The notes under the pieces were generated by a model. The model had not been told where the DNA came from. It was given only the letters and a program-made list of their open reading frames with translations, and ran no database searches. A program made the translations under genes and the position numbers. DNA of 31,716 bases from a virus (Duplodnaviria > Caudoviricetes): positions 1-31,716 of the IMG/VR virus record IMGVR_UViG_3300045531_000089; one strand, given 5' to 3'. Within the stretch, counting starts at the first letter, position 1. Each line of letters starts with the position of its first letter. Below are positions 16,188-24,262 of the stretch, piece by piece.

Positions 16188-16276
16188 CGTTTTCGGGCTT
16201 TGCGTAGTAGCCCTTAGTAGAAACTTAAAATTAACCACGACACTTGATAGGCTATTACGCAAAACCCTTGTTATGT
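16182..16276 (+). repeat. attC-like site 6
   Basis: CGCTAAC-gttttc-GGGCTTTGCGTAGTAGCC...GGCTATTACGCAAAACCC-tt-GTTATGT. Confidence 0.8.
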
Positions 16277-16297
16277 GCCGTTTTTATTACACAAATT

Positions 16298-16546
16298 ATG
16301 AATATAACAGTAAAAGATTTAATTGGTTTGTCGGCAGAAGATAACCTAAAATTAGTAAGAAGTTTATTAGAAAATCGCAAACCAGAAGAAGGAAGTTTTG
16401 ATTATGGATTTGAAACTCACGGAGTAATAGGAATAGTTGTAGGAATTAAATTAACGAACCCTATTCAAGTTTGGCAAACCAATAAAAGAAAGTCGGATAA
16501 AAGTCCAATAATAATAACCATTGAAAGGCACACTCCGTTGCTCTAA
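16298..16546 (+). CDS. Cassette D gene, hypothetical
   Basis: Flanks GTTATGTGCCGTTTT/AAAATGGCACATAAC; frame open back to 16244. Confidence 0.7.
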   Translation: MNITVKDLIGLSAEDNLKLVRSLLENRKPEEGSFDYGFETHGVIGIVVGIKLTNPIQVWQTNKRKSDKSPIIITIERHTPLL

Positions 16547-16613
16547 AATGGCACATAACAAGCCGATATACGAAGTTCGTACAAAATTATTAATTAAATA
16601 CAGATATGAATAA

Positions 16614-17060
16614 ATGAATAATCAAAACACACAATTGTCATTACTTGGTTTAGAATTAAGTAAGGCTAATATTGAATTGATAGCAAATAAACTATCATTA
16701 GAAGTTACTGAAGGATGGAAAAATGCAAGTGTAGTTTGTACACAAGCAAAGTATTTACAGAAAATAGCTGAATCGGTTTTAGATACTTTAGAAAAACCTT
16801 TAAAAGATGAAATATGTTTAAATAACAATAGAATTGTTACATCCAATATTGATATTTCAGAAAAGAAAGGATATGCACAACTTAACTATGAAGAAGATGC
16901 AATTTATTTAGATTTAAAAAATAAACTTGCAGAACGCAAAAAAGAGCTTGACATGGCAAGTAAAACACAACATACAATAGTTGATAGTGATGGAGTTGTA
17001 ATAACTAAAGTATCGATAAAAGGATATACAAAAGATTCAATTGTAATGAAATTAAAGTAA
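16614..17060 (+). CDS. Hypothetical protein (recombination-module neighbour)
   Basis: 148 aa ORF near ERF gene. Confidence 0.65.
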   Translation: MNNQNTQLSLLGLELSKANIELIANKLSLEVTEGWKNASVVCTQAKYLQKIAESVLDTLEKPLKDEICLNNNRIVTSNIDISEKKGYAQLNYEEDAIYLDLKNKLAERKKELDMASKTQHTIVDSDGVVITKVSIKGYTKDSIVMKLK

Positions 17061-17069
17061 AATATTATC

Positions 17070-17225
17070 ATGATAATTACGCAACAGCAACAGGAAGCAA
17101 TGGTAAGAAAATTTGCTGAAACAGCAACAAAAGACATGACGATAGGATTTATTCACGGCATGAACGCTATGTTAGAATTGATTGCAAAGCTAGATGAAGC
17201 GAAAAAAAATAATTTAATAAATTAA
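17070..17225 (+). CDS. Small hypothetical protein (51 aa)
   Basis: MIITQQQQEAMVRKFAE...; manual translation. Confidence 0.5.
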   Translation: MIITQQQQEAMVRKFAETATKDMTIGFIHGMNAMLELIAKLDEAKKNNLIN

Positions 17226-17268
17226 TTTGAATAAAGTTTTTTTAATTCAAAATAAATGTTTACCTTTG
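17226..17268 (+). promoter_or_regulatory. Early promoter/operator repeat, copy 3
   Basis: TTTGAATAAAGTTTTTTTAATTCAAAATA...TACCTTTG. Confidence 0.7.
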
Positions 17269-17306
17269 TTTCAACAATAAGGGAAAACAATTAAACGATA
17301 AAAAAA

Positions 17307-17462
17307 ATGAAAAGTTTAGAAATTCAAAAGATGATGAACAAAGCACTTGCAAGTGGTTCGTACAAAAAAGCTTACAAATTATTTTTAATAGTAACTGATT
17401 TAAGAGCAATAGAGGGGAAACCAGTATTAACAATGCCAGCCCTTGAAGCAAGATTTAATTAA
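17307..17462 (+). CDS. Small hypothetical protein (51 aa)
   Basis: MKSLEIQKMMNKALASG...; first ORF after promoter copy 3. Confidence 0.55.
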   Translation: MKSLEIQKMMNKALASGSYKKAYKLFLIVTDLRAIEGKPVLTMPALEARFN

Positions 17463-17505
17463 CCAACCAACGGAGGGGCAACCCTCCAAACTAAACTATA
17501 AGAAA

Positions 17506-18069
17506 ATGAGCATTTACAAAAAATTATTAGAGATTCAGAAAGTAGTAAAAGGTTTATCAAAAGATAAATCAACTTTCAATTACAAGTACGTTACAGGAGA
17601 TAAAATACTTGATGAGGTTAAGCCGTTAATGAATAGATTTAGCTTGATTTTGAAGCAAGAAATATTATCAATTGATAATGAAAGAATGGATTACACTACC
17701 AAGAACGGTGCAAAATCCGAGATACTTTCAAAAGTAATGATGCGATTCACTTGGATTGATTGCGAAACAGGGGAACAAGATGTAAATTTGTTTGGTGCTA
17801 ATGGTCAGAATGATTGGGAAAAAGGTTTAGGGAGTGCTTTGACTTATGCAGAACGTTATTTTCTTTTAAAGTTCTTTCATATTGCTACAGATCAGGATGA
17901 TATTGATAATGAGCAACGCAAAAAAACCGAACCTATTATTCAATTACCAATCTTAATAGAAAATTCTAAAGAATGGGAGGGAGTTTTTAAAGTCAAAGAT
18001 AAATACACTATTGCTGACTTCAGGAAAAAGTATCAAATTAGTGATGAATTAGCCGAGAAACTGAAATGA
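17506..18069 (+). CDS. erf: ERF-family single-strand annealing protein
   Basis: MSIYKKLLEIQK, YKYV, GLGSALTYAERYFL, DDID. Confidence 0.85.
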   Translation: MSIYKKLLEIQKVVKGLSKDKSTFNYKYVTGDKILDEVKPLMNRFSLILKQEILSIDNERMDYTTKNGAKSEILSKVMMRFTWIDCETGEQDVNLFGANGQNDWEKGLGSALTYAERYFLLKFFHIATDQDDIDNEQRKKTEPIIQLPILIENSKEWEGVFKVKDKYTIADFRKKYQISDELAEKLK

Positions 18070-18272
18070 TAAAAGATAAAACGATATGGGAACAATTTTA
18101 TAATTGTTTAGAATATTTAAAAGAAAAAAAAATAGATTCAAATGGTTTTAGAATCTCAAGGATTACAAGTACAGGTGTAATTTCTATTAAATATAAAGAT
18201 ATTTTAATAGAAAAAAAAAATATGAAGCTTGCATTTAATGAATTAAAAAAACAATTAGAGAAACTGAAATGA
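18066..18272 (+). CDS. Hypothetical protein
   Basis: ATGA-coupled ORF. Confidence 0.55.
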   Translation: MIKDKTIWEQFYNCLEYLKEKKIDSNGFRISRITSTGVISIKYKDILIEKKNMKLAFNELKKQLEKLK

Positions 18273-18418
18273 AAATAACAGTAAAAAAGGTTAAGACTAT
18301 TCTAAAAGAAGAATATGAGTGGACCAGCTTAGGCAGTGATGCTAATAAAGGGTTAATCACTCTTTTGATTAAAGATGTGATAACTATTGTAACTAAATCA
18401 TTAAAAGATAAAAAATGA
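18269..18418 (+). CDS. Small hypothetical protein (49 aa)
   Basis: ATGA-coupled on both sides. Confidence 0.55.
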   Translation: MKITVKKVKTILKEEYEWTSLGSDANKGLITLLIKDVITIVTKSLKDKK

Positions 18419-18606
18419 TAAATATAACAATAAAAGCTAATGTACAGAATATTTCAATATATGATATATTTTACATCTTAAATAAAAATGAGATAAATGC
18501 TATTACTCCTGAAGCTTTTTTAGTAAAGTTTATGGATCATGAATTTAAACTTGAAACAGAAGTAAATGAAACATCAATTAATTACACTATAACCGAATTG
18601 AGATGA
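18415..18606 (+). CDS. Hypothetical protein
   Basis: ATGA-coupled ORF. Confidence 0.55.
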   Translation: MINITIKANVQNISIYDIFYILNKNEINAITPEAFLVKFMDHEFKLETEVNETSINYTITELR

Positions 18607-18866
18607 TAATCCCACAAACAACAAAAGAACAACCTTATATTGAATTTATAATTGATAAATTAGGAAATATTAAATTATCAATTACTTCATCTTGGTGGGG
18701 AGGAATAGGACACCATTTTAAGTCTAAAGATGGTATTGGAAATACTTGCTTGCCTCAAGATTTAGATAAATATATTAAAGCTTGTAAAAAAGGTGAAATA
18801 AAAGAATTGAAAGATAATATTAAAAATCTTAGATTAGAATTAAAAACATTAACTGAATTAAAATGA
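18603..18866 (+). CDS. Hypothetical protein
   Basis: ATGA-coupled ORF. Confidence 0.55.
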   Translation: MIIPQTTKEQPYIEFIIDKLGNIKLSITSSWWGGIGHHFKSKDGIGNTCLPQDLDKYIKACKKGEIKELKDNIKNLRLELKTLTELK

Positions 18867-19123
18867 ACCTTTTAAAAATACTAACACCATTATCATTATT
18901 GTTTTTAGCTTATTTAAACAATACATATCAAAATGAAGTGATAGTTTCAGCTAAAGAGTATAAAGACTTTGAAAATAAACACGCTGAAATATCCAAAATA
19001 GTAGCGTTACAGCAAAGCAAATACTTTGACTATAGAAAATCTACAAAAGGAGTACAACTTCCAAAAGGCGATAAAAAAACTATATATTTAACTAAAGATG
19101 ACTATATTAACTTACAGAAATGA
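18863..19123 (+). CDS. Hypothetical protein with N-terminal hydrophobic segment
   Basis: ILTPLSLLFLAYL. Confidence 0.55.
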   Translation: MNLLKILTPLSLLFLAYLNNTYQNEVIVSAKEYKDFENKHAEISKIVALQQSKYFDYRKSTKGVQLPKGDKKTIYLTKDDYINLQK

Positions 19124-19299
19124 AAATAGCAAGATATGTATTAAATGACATTAATTTAGCAGATTGGAAATCAATTTGTATAATTGATAATGAATTAGAT
19201 GTAGTAATATTACATTTTAATGTTACTGATAGATTTAGCTTTGAGACAGCTATAAAACTTGGACAAAGTATTGTTGATAACTTAAATTTACAAAAATGA
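19120..19299 (+). CDS. Small hypothetical protein (59 aa)
   Basis: MKIARYVLNDINLADW...; ATGA-coupled. Confidence 0.5.
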   Translation: MKIARYVLNDINLADWKSICIIDNELDVVILHFNVTDRFSFETAIKLGQSIVDNLNLQK

Positions 19300-19333
19300 G
19301 AACTATAACATTTCACGCAAAATTATATAAGAT

Positions 19334-19714
19334 ATGAAAAAATTTAAAGAAGGAGATGAAGCTTACATTAAATGTAAAATATTATCAGTAGAGGAAGAGG
19401 ATAAATTTCCTGTAACCGTTGAATTTAGTACCAATATTGATATTACATTTAAACCAGATGGTAGGTATATTGATAAAGATACAAAACCATGCTTATTCCA
19501 CTTATCCGACCTCCAGCAAAGTCAATTTACTGATGAAGAGTTACATGAGTTTAAAGAATCTGTTTTATTTTGTCATGAACACCAACTAGATATAAATAAA
19601 AGAACACTAAGAGGTGGTATTATCGACAAAATAAACAGTATATTTCAATCACAGGAAGAAAAACAATTTCTTGAAATGGCATATAGATTAGGTTATAAAG
19701 TAGAAAAGATATGA
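19334..19714 (+). CDS. Hypothetical protein, tandem paralog 1
   Basis: MKKFKEGDE...LSDLQQSQFTDEEL...EEKQFLEMA. Confidence 0.7.
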   Translation: MKKFKEGDEAYIKCKILSVEEEDKFPVTVEFSTNIDITFKPDGRYIDKDTKPCLFHLSDLQQSQFTDEELHEFKESVLFCHEHQLDINKRTLRGGIIDKINSIFQSQEEKQFLEMAYRLGYKVEKI

Positions 19715-20037
19715 AAAAATTTAAAAAAGGAGACGAGGTTTATATTTTAGTTAAAATACAATCAATTGAAAAACACGCTGTGTTTATTAATTTAGATGGC
19801 ATTACTCTTTGTATTGATAATGATAACTTAGATTATTTGTCCGACCTACAACAAACCCAATTTACTGATGAGGAGTTAATGTTTTTAATTCAATTATTAA
19901 AACCTCATGGTAAAGCTGATTTATTAGTGAATAATATACTTGACAAAATAAACAACCTAATCCAATCACCTGAAGAAAAACAACTGTTAGAAATGGCAGA
20001 AAAGTTTAAGGATAAGTATAAAATTGAAAAACTGTAA
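19711..20037 (+). CDS. Hypothetical protein, tandem paralog 2
   Basis: MKKFKKGDE...LSDLQQTQFTDEEL...EEKQLLEMA. Confidence 0.7.
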   Translation: MKKFKKGDEVYILVKIQSIEKHAVFINLDGITLCIDNDNLDYLSDLQQTQFTDEELMFLIQLLKPHGKADLLVNNILDKINNLIQSPEEKQLLEMAEKFKDKYKIEKL

Positions 20038-20338
20038 CCTTATGGCAAAAATTAAAGATTGTGTTGTAATTGATAAAGAAGCTTTACAACAAACTATTAA
20101 AATATTAGAGTTATCTAAATGTAGTGTAATACAAACTAATCTTGATATTAATAATGTAAATATTGTAATAAAAACTTTAGAAGAAATTATTAACAACTCA
20201 ACCCCCTTAACCCCAATCATTCAAGATGCTTTAAATGAAGTTAGCAAAGGATTATGCCAAACTGCAAATCAATGGAATAGTGATTTTAATGGTCAAAAAT
20301 TATACATTAAAAACTTTAAATACGAAACAGAAATTTAG
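20024..20338 (+). CDS. Hypothetical protein
   Basis: ORF in operon; start may be ATG 20042. Confidence 0.55.
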   Translation: MKNCNLMAKIKDCVVIDKEALQQTIKILELSKCSVIQTNLDINNVNIVIKTLEEIINNSTPLTPIIQDALNEVSKGLCQTANQWNSDFNGQKLYIKNFKYETEI

Positions 20339-20438
20339 TTATGGAAAATTTAAACGATATACAATTTATTACAGCTTGTATTTGCATGACAGCAGTAGTG
20401 TTAGGTTTCTTTTGGTTATTAAGTAAACAAATTTAGTT

Positions 20439-20705
20439 ATGGAAAAAAGAAAGACAGCTTTACAAAGTTTAATTAATGAACTTAACGAAGAAGCAAGCAA
20501 ACTACAACAAAATCAATATTCGTGGCATTGCTTAATGACTATAATTGAAATGGCAGAATCAAAACTCCCACAAGAAAAACAGGATTTGATTGATGCTTTT
20601 GATGAAGGTAGTAATGCTACTTCATGGGATTCATTTGAAGAAGCTTATGATATAACTCCATCAAAAGAAGAATACTTTAACCAAACATTTGAAAATGAAC
20701 GATAG
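20439..20705 (+). CDS. Hypothetical phage protein
   Basis: KTALQSLI...EKQDLIDAF..G...EEYFNQTF pattern. Confidence 0.65.
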   Translation: MEKRKTALQSLINELNEEASKLQQNQYSWHCLMTIIEMAESKLPQEKQDLIDAFDEGSNATSWDSFEEAYDITPSKEEYFNQTFENER

Positions 20706-20961
20706 AACCATTTTAAAATCAGTTGCTTTACTAACTGTTTTACTCGAAACGATTGACGAATTAGAAAAAAATCATTACTTTTATAAAAACAATCTGAAAA
20801 TGAAAGGTAACAATTTCAGAAAATCTTTAGAGCAAAACATAAAAGAACTATATGACAATATGCCCGAAACGGCTCAAATTGGGTACTTTAATGCGATTAG
20901 AGAAATTGAAAACAAGATAAATAATATTGACTATGCAGGAACAACTGAAACAAATTTATGA
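20689..20961 (+). CDS. Hypothetical protein
   Basis: ORF in operon. Confidence 0.6.
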   Translation: MKMNDRTILKSVALLTVLLETIDELEKNHYFYKNNLKMKGNNFRKSLEQNIKELYDNMPETAQIGYFNAIREIENKINNIDYAGTTETNL

Positions 20962-21081
20962 GGACCATAATGTGCCTCATACAGTACAAAATAAAATTAA
21001 TGCAATCGTATCTATTAAAGGAATAACAGAGTTTCAAAGAGGCTATAAACAAGCAGAAAACGAATATAAAACAGTATCACA

Positions 21082-21333
21082 GTGGAGCAACAGAAACTAA
21101 AGAACAACGAGTACAGGAAAGCTTACTATGAAGCCAATAAGGAGAAAGTCAAAGAAGCTAATAAGCTATATTATCAAAAGCATGAGGATAAATTAAAAGC
21201 TTATCAGAAAGAGTATAGAAAAGCTAATCCAAATGTAACCGATAGCGAATATAATAAAGCTTATTACCAGGCGAACAAAGAAAAGTTTAAAGAAAAAGCA
21301 AAAGAATATTACATTAAACATAAATTTGACTAA
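21082..21333 (+). CDS. K/E/Y-rich repeat protein
   Basis: Repeats of K-x-YY-x-ANKEK. Confidence 0.55.
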   Translation: MEQQKLKNNEYRKAYYEANKEKVKEANKLYYQKHEDKLKAYQKEYRKANPNVTDSEYNKAYYQANKEKFKEKAKEYYIKHKFD

Positions 21334-21570
21334 ATGGAAATTGACAACGGAAATGAAGCTGAAGAAATCTGTATAAGACAATGGGAATCAGAACCCGATT
21401 CAGAATTAAAAAGAATTACATTACAAGGATTGTATTTGCAGTGTAAAATTAATAACTTAGTAAAAAACGAAATAACAGTAGATGTTTTGTTAGAGTTATT
21501 GATAGTATTAGGTCACGAAAAAGTAGTTAACAAATTTAAAAACAATCAAGAAAATGAGTTTAGAAGTTAA
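21334..21570 (+). CDS. Hypothetical protein
   Basis: Coupled ORF. Confidence 0.55.
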   Translation: MEIDNGNEAEEICIRQWESEPDSELKRITLQGLYLQCKINNLVKNEITVDVLLELLIVLGHEKVVNKFKNNQENEFRS

Positions 21571-21907
21571 AGGAAAAGTTACAAAAGTATTACAAGAAGA
21601 AAAAGGTCAATCAAAAGCTGGAAAAGATTGGTTTAAAAGTGGTTTTGTTATTGAAACATTCGACCAATACCCGAAAACAATCGCATTAACTGTAATGTCA
21701 GAAAAATTAATGCCTGTTGTTAAGGGATTGAAAATAGGGGAAGAAGTAACGGCTCATATTAACATTGAAAGTAGAGAATATCAAGATAAATGGTTTAGCA
21801 ATATTACGGCGTGGAAAATTGATAAAGCTACGCAAGGTATTACTGAAAGTCCTAAAACGGATTCAGAACCTAAATCAAAGGTAACTGACGAGGATTTACC
21901 TTTTTAA
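21554..21907 (+). CDS. DUF3127 OB-fold protein (SSB-like)
   Basis: GQSKAGKDW, FVIET.DQYPK, INIESREY..KWF.NITAWKI, acidic DLPF tail. Confidence 0.85.
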   Translation: MSLEVKGKVTKVLQEEKGQSKAGKDWFKSGFVIETFDQYPKTIALTVMSEKLMPVVKGLKIGEEVTAHINIESREYQDKWFSNITAWKIDKATQGITESPKTDSEPKSKVTDEDLPF

Positions 21908-21971
21908 AAAATAAACATTACAAATCCTACTTTACAATTCAGCTTTGAACTCCGATTTGTGTAGGTATCGG

Positions 21972-22004
21972 AACGGATAGGAATGTTTCTTATCCGTTTT
22001 TTTT
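21972..22004 (+). terminator. Intrinsic terminator
   Basis: AACGGATAGGAA-TGT-TTCTTATCCGTT plus T-run. Confidence 0.65.
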
Positions 22005-22025
22005 ATAAACTAAACGAAAATTAAT

Positions 22026-22232
22026 ATGGCTATCCAATCGCTAAAACAACTAACAATAAGAATAGATAAGTTAGGAATTGAAAAATATGGAGTAACTGAA
22101 GAAATGAAAAAGACAGAAGTATTCCATAATTGGTTTACATTTATTGAAACTAATACAGGAATTGCATTCACAGCTGATAATAAAGATGAGTTGTACGAAT
22201 TAATTGAAAATCATTATACTGATGGAGAATAA
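22026..22232 (+). CDS. Hypothetical protein
   Basis: 68 aa ORF. Confidence 0.55.
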   Translation: MAIQSLKQLTIRIDKLGIEKYGVTEEMKKTEVFHNWFTFIETNTGIAFTADNKDELYELIENHYTDGE

Positions 22233-22353
22233 AGTAACTTTAATATTAAAATCAATCAGCTTGATAATATTTGCGTTTGTTTACTTTAAAACAAAAGATG
22301 ATATAAAGGCTATAAAATTTAGCTTATTTTTCATTGCAGTGGAATTAATAACA

Positions 22354-22383
22354 AAAGCCTAACTAAATTAATAGTTAGGCTTT
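22354..22383. terminator. Bidirectional terminator between converging operons
   Basis: AAAGCCTAACTA-AATTAA-TAGTTAGGCTTT. Confidence 0.7.
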
Positions 22384-22513
22384 GTTGCTACATACGATTA
22401 GCTACACAACAGTTGAACATTACAAAGAGGTCGGTGCAGGTTACGATTCACACGTCTGTGACCAGGTTTTAATAAACGTAGGCGTGAAGCCTTAATTTAT
22501 TTTCTTATCTCTT

Positions 22514-22999
22514 TCATTTTATAAACAATCCTAATAACAAAACAAAATTAGCGATTATACTACATCTTAATATTTTTTTTGGCTTGTTCGCTTGCGTTAC
22601 TAAAGTTTCATTTATAATACTTGCTTCATCTAATTTAGTTTGAAGCGTGTCAATTTGTTTCATTTGAATATTTGAAATATCAACCAATGCTTTTATTTGC
22701 ATACTATCAATATCAATTATAGTATCTCTTTTTGCAATCTGGACCACTAAATCTTTTATTAATTCCTTTGCTGAAGTATCAATTGTTCTGAAAGTGTCAA
22801 CTTGTCTTTGAATTGACGCCAACTGTTTTAATTTAACCTCTTTTTTAGCCTTTTGCATCTTTATTACTTGTTGATATAAAGTGTCCGTAACGTTCTTATT
22901 TATAGTAAATTTCTTTATTACTGTTGGCTTATCGCATGACTTAACAATAAAGACACCTAATAGAAAGCTAAAGATTGATATAATAATGTATCTAAGCAT
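22514..22999 (-). CDS. Putative spanin-like lysis protein
   Basis: N-terminal TM ending VKSC, coiled coil, C-terminal hydrophobic segment; end of lysis cluster. Confidence 0.5.
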   Translation of the reverse strand: MLRYIIISIFSFLLGVFIVKSCDKPTVIKKFTINKNVTDTLYQQVIKMQKAKKEVKLKQLASIQRQVDTFRTIDTSAKELIKDLVVQIAKRDTIIDIDSMQIKALVDISNIQMKQIDTLQTKLDEASIINETLVTQANKPKKILRCSIIANFVLLLGLFIK

Positions 23000-23213
23000 C
23001 TTTTTTCACTGTTAACTTACCACCAATAATACCTATAAGAGTTGCTATTGCAATTATCTTTTTTGTATCAAAAGGAACTTCTAATGGTAATGTTTGTAAA
23101 GCCTCAAGAACCTCAACTAATCCAGCTACAAACACCAATATACTCGGTATGTAGTAAGCTAATACTTTACCTAATTTAGTCTCTTCTTTTTTTAATCTTT
23201 CAAGTAAATTCAT
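22992..23213 (-). CDS. Putative holin
   Basis: 73 aa, two TM segments, near endolysin. Confidence 0.55.
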   Translation of the reverse strand: MNLLERLKKEETKLGKVLAYYIPSILVFVAGLVEVLEALQTLPLEVPFDTKKIIAIATLIGIIGGKLTVKKDA

Positions 23214-23398
23214 GCTTTCTTGATTTGCTCTAAATAATCAATTAGGATTTGTACATCTTTTTTATTGATAAATATAGACATACTATCGCCACCAAATGAA
23301 ATGTCTTGAATATTAATTTCAATACTATCCTCGTCTTTACTATCTTGTATAGTATCAATATTTAATTCTATTGTATCTTTAGTTATTATAGTTTTCAT
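23210..23398 (-). CDS. Hypothetical protein
   Basis: Coupled ORF. Confidence 0.5.
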   Translation of the reverse strand: MKTIITKDTIELNIDTIQDSKDEDSIEINIQDISFGGDSMSIFINKKDVQILIDYLEQIKKA

Positions 23399-23886
23399 GC
23401 TTTCTTAATTTTATTAAAATCCCCTCCTATTCTAAATATTTCTTGCTCTTTTTGTTTTCGCCATCCAATATGTAACCATGCTGGGTTTTCGTCCGTTCCT
23501 TTCTCCCAAATCAATTCAGTAAATGGTATCTTATGTTTGTTGGCCACTAACCACCAAAACACTTTATTTGATATATTAACACCGTTTTTGATAAAGGTTT
23601 CATCAAATGCTTCTCCTGTTAGGTGCATACTTGTTTGTGAAGCATTAGGTAGTGAATTGTTCAATTTAGGGCACCTGTAAGCACACGTAGGGCTGAACGT
23701 TCCCCACTCTTTACGTATAGCTTCTGCAATGTTAACCGCTCCAAATTTAAGATTATCAATTATGTTTTGAGGGGGATTGAATTGTTCTTTGTATTTTTCA
23801 AAATCACGTTTAGCAGTTTCACTATTTGTAAACTCGTTTAGGCTAAAGTTAGGGCTTAGGGTTAAATCCATATTATTTTTCGTCAA
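23395..23886 (-). CDS. Endolysin, peptidase M15 family
   Basis: LSPNFSLNEF..S.TA, YRC..LN, S-x-H-x-x-G-x-A-x-D, W-x-H-I. Confidence 0.85.
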   Translation of the reverse strand: MTKNNMDLTLSPNFSLNEFTNSETAKRDFEKYKEQFNPPQNIIDNLKFGAVNIAEAIRKEWGTFSPTCAYRCPKLNNSLPNASQTSMHLTGEAFDETFIKNGVNISNKVFWWLVANKHKIPFTELIWEKGTDENPAWLHIGWRKQKEQEIFRIGGDFNKIKKA

Positions 23887-24262
23887 TTAATTGTTTTAAA
23901 TACATTTCAATTCCAATCATAGTAGATTTCATTTTGTGCACATCTGCATTAATCAACTCTAAACTTTTCTCAGTCTTGGCAAAATCTTGAAGTAAGTGCT
24001 TTTGGTCATTACTCATTAAATCAATCTTTGATTCTAAGCTAATAACCTTTAAACTCAAACTCTTTAAAGATTCAACTTCACTAAGCAAATACTTCACTTT
24101 GTTGTTTAAATTGATTATACTTTCTCTAAAGTATAGGTAAATTGCACCAATTTCCACTAATATAGCAATAATATTAGGTAATGAAGTGAAATATTGAACG
24201 AGTTGAGTTTGTAGAACTATCATTGTTAATTTATGTTTTACAAATGTAACTTTTTTTATCAA
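23873..24262 (-). CDS. Membrane-anchored coiled-coil protein (lysis-associated)
   Basis: One TM plus coiled coil, upstream of endolysin. Confidence 0.5.
   Translation of the reverse strand: MIKKVTFVKHKLTMIVLQTQLVQYFTSLPNIIAILVEIGAIYLYFRESIINLNNKVKYLLSEVESLKSLSLKVISLESKIDLMSNDQKHLLQDFAKTEKSLELINADVHKMKSTMIGIEMYLKQLIDEK

Larger units (their letters stand above)
14165..16581 (+). mobile_element. Integron-like gene cassette array with attC-like hairpins, no integrase in window
   Basis: Four genes each flanked by a matching GTTA.../...TAAC inverted repeat; 95-133 bp hairpin spacers between them. Confidence 0.8.

Noticed and set aside
14735-16559. CRISPR array or simple terminators as explanation of the hairpin series
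   Set aside because: Units are not direct repeats, the intervening segments are whole genes, and the hairpins have long loops and no U-tracts.
20235-20426. 63-aa plus-strand ORF
   Set aside because: Largely overlaps 20024..20338 in another frame; no independent support.
21082-21333. HNH homing endonuclease
   Set aside because: Only the K/E/Y repeat region is present; no HNH or Cys motifs.
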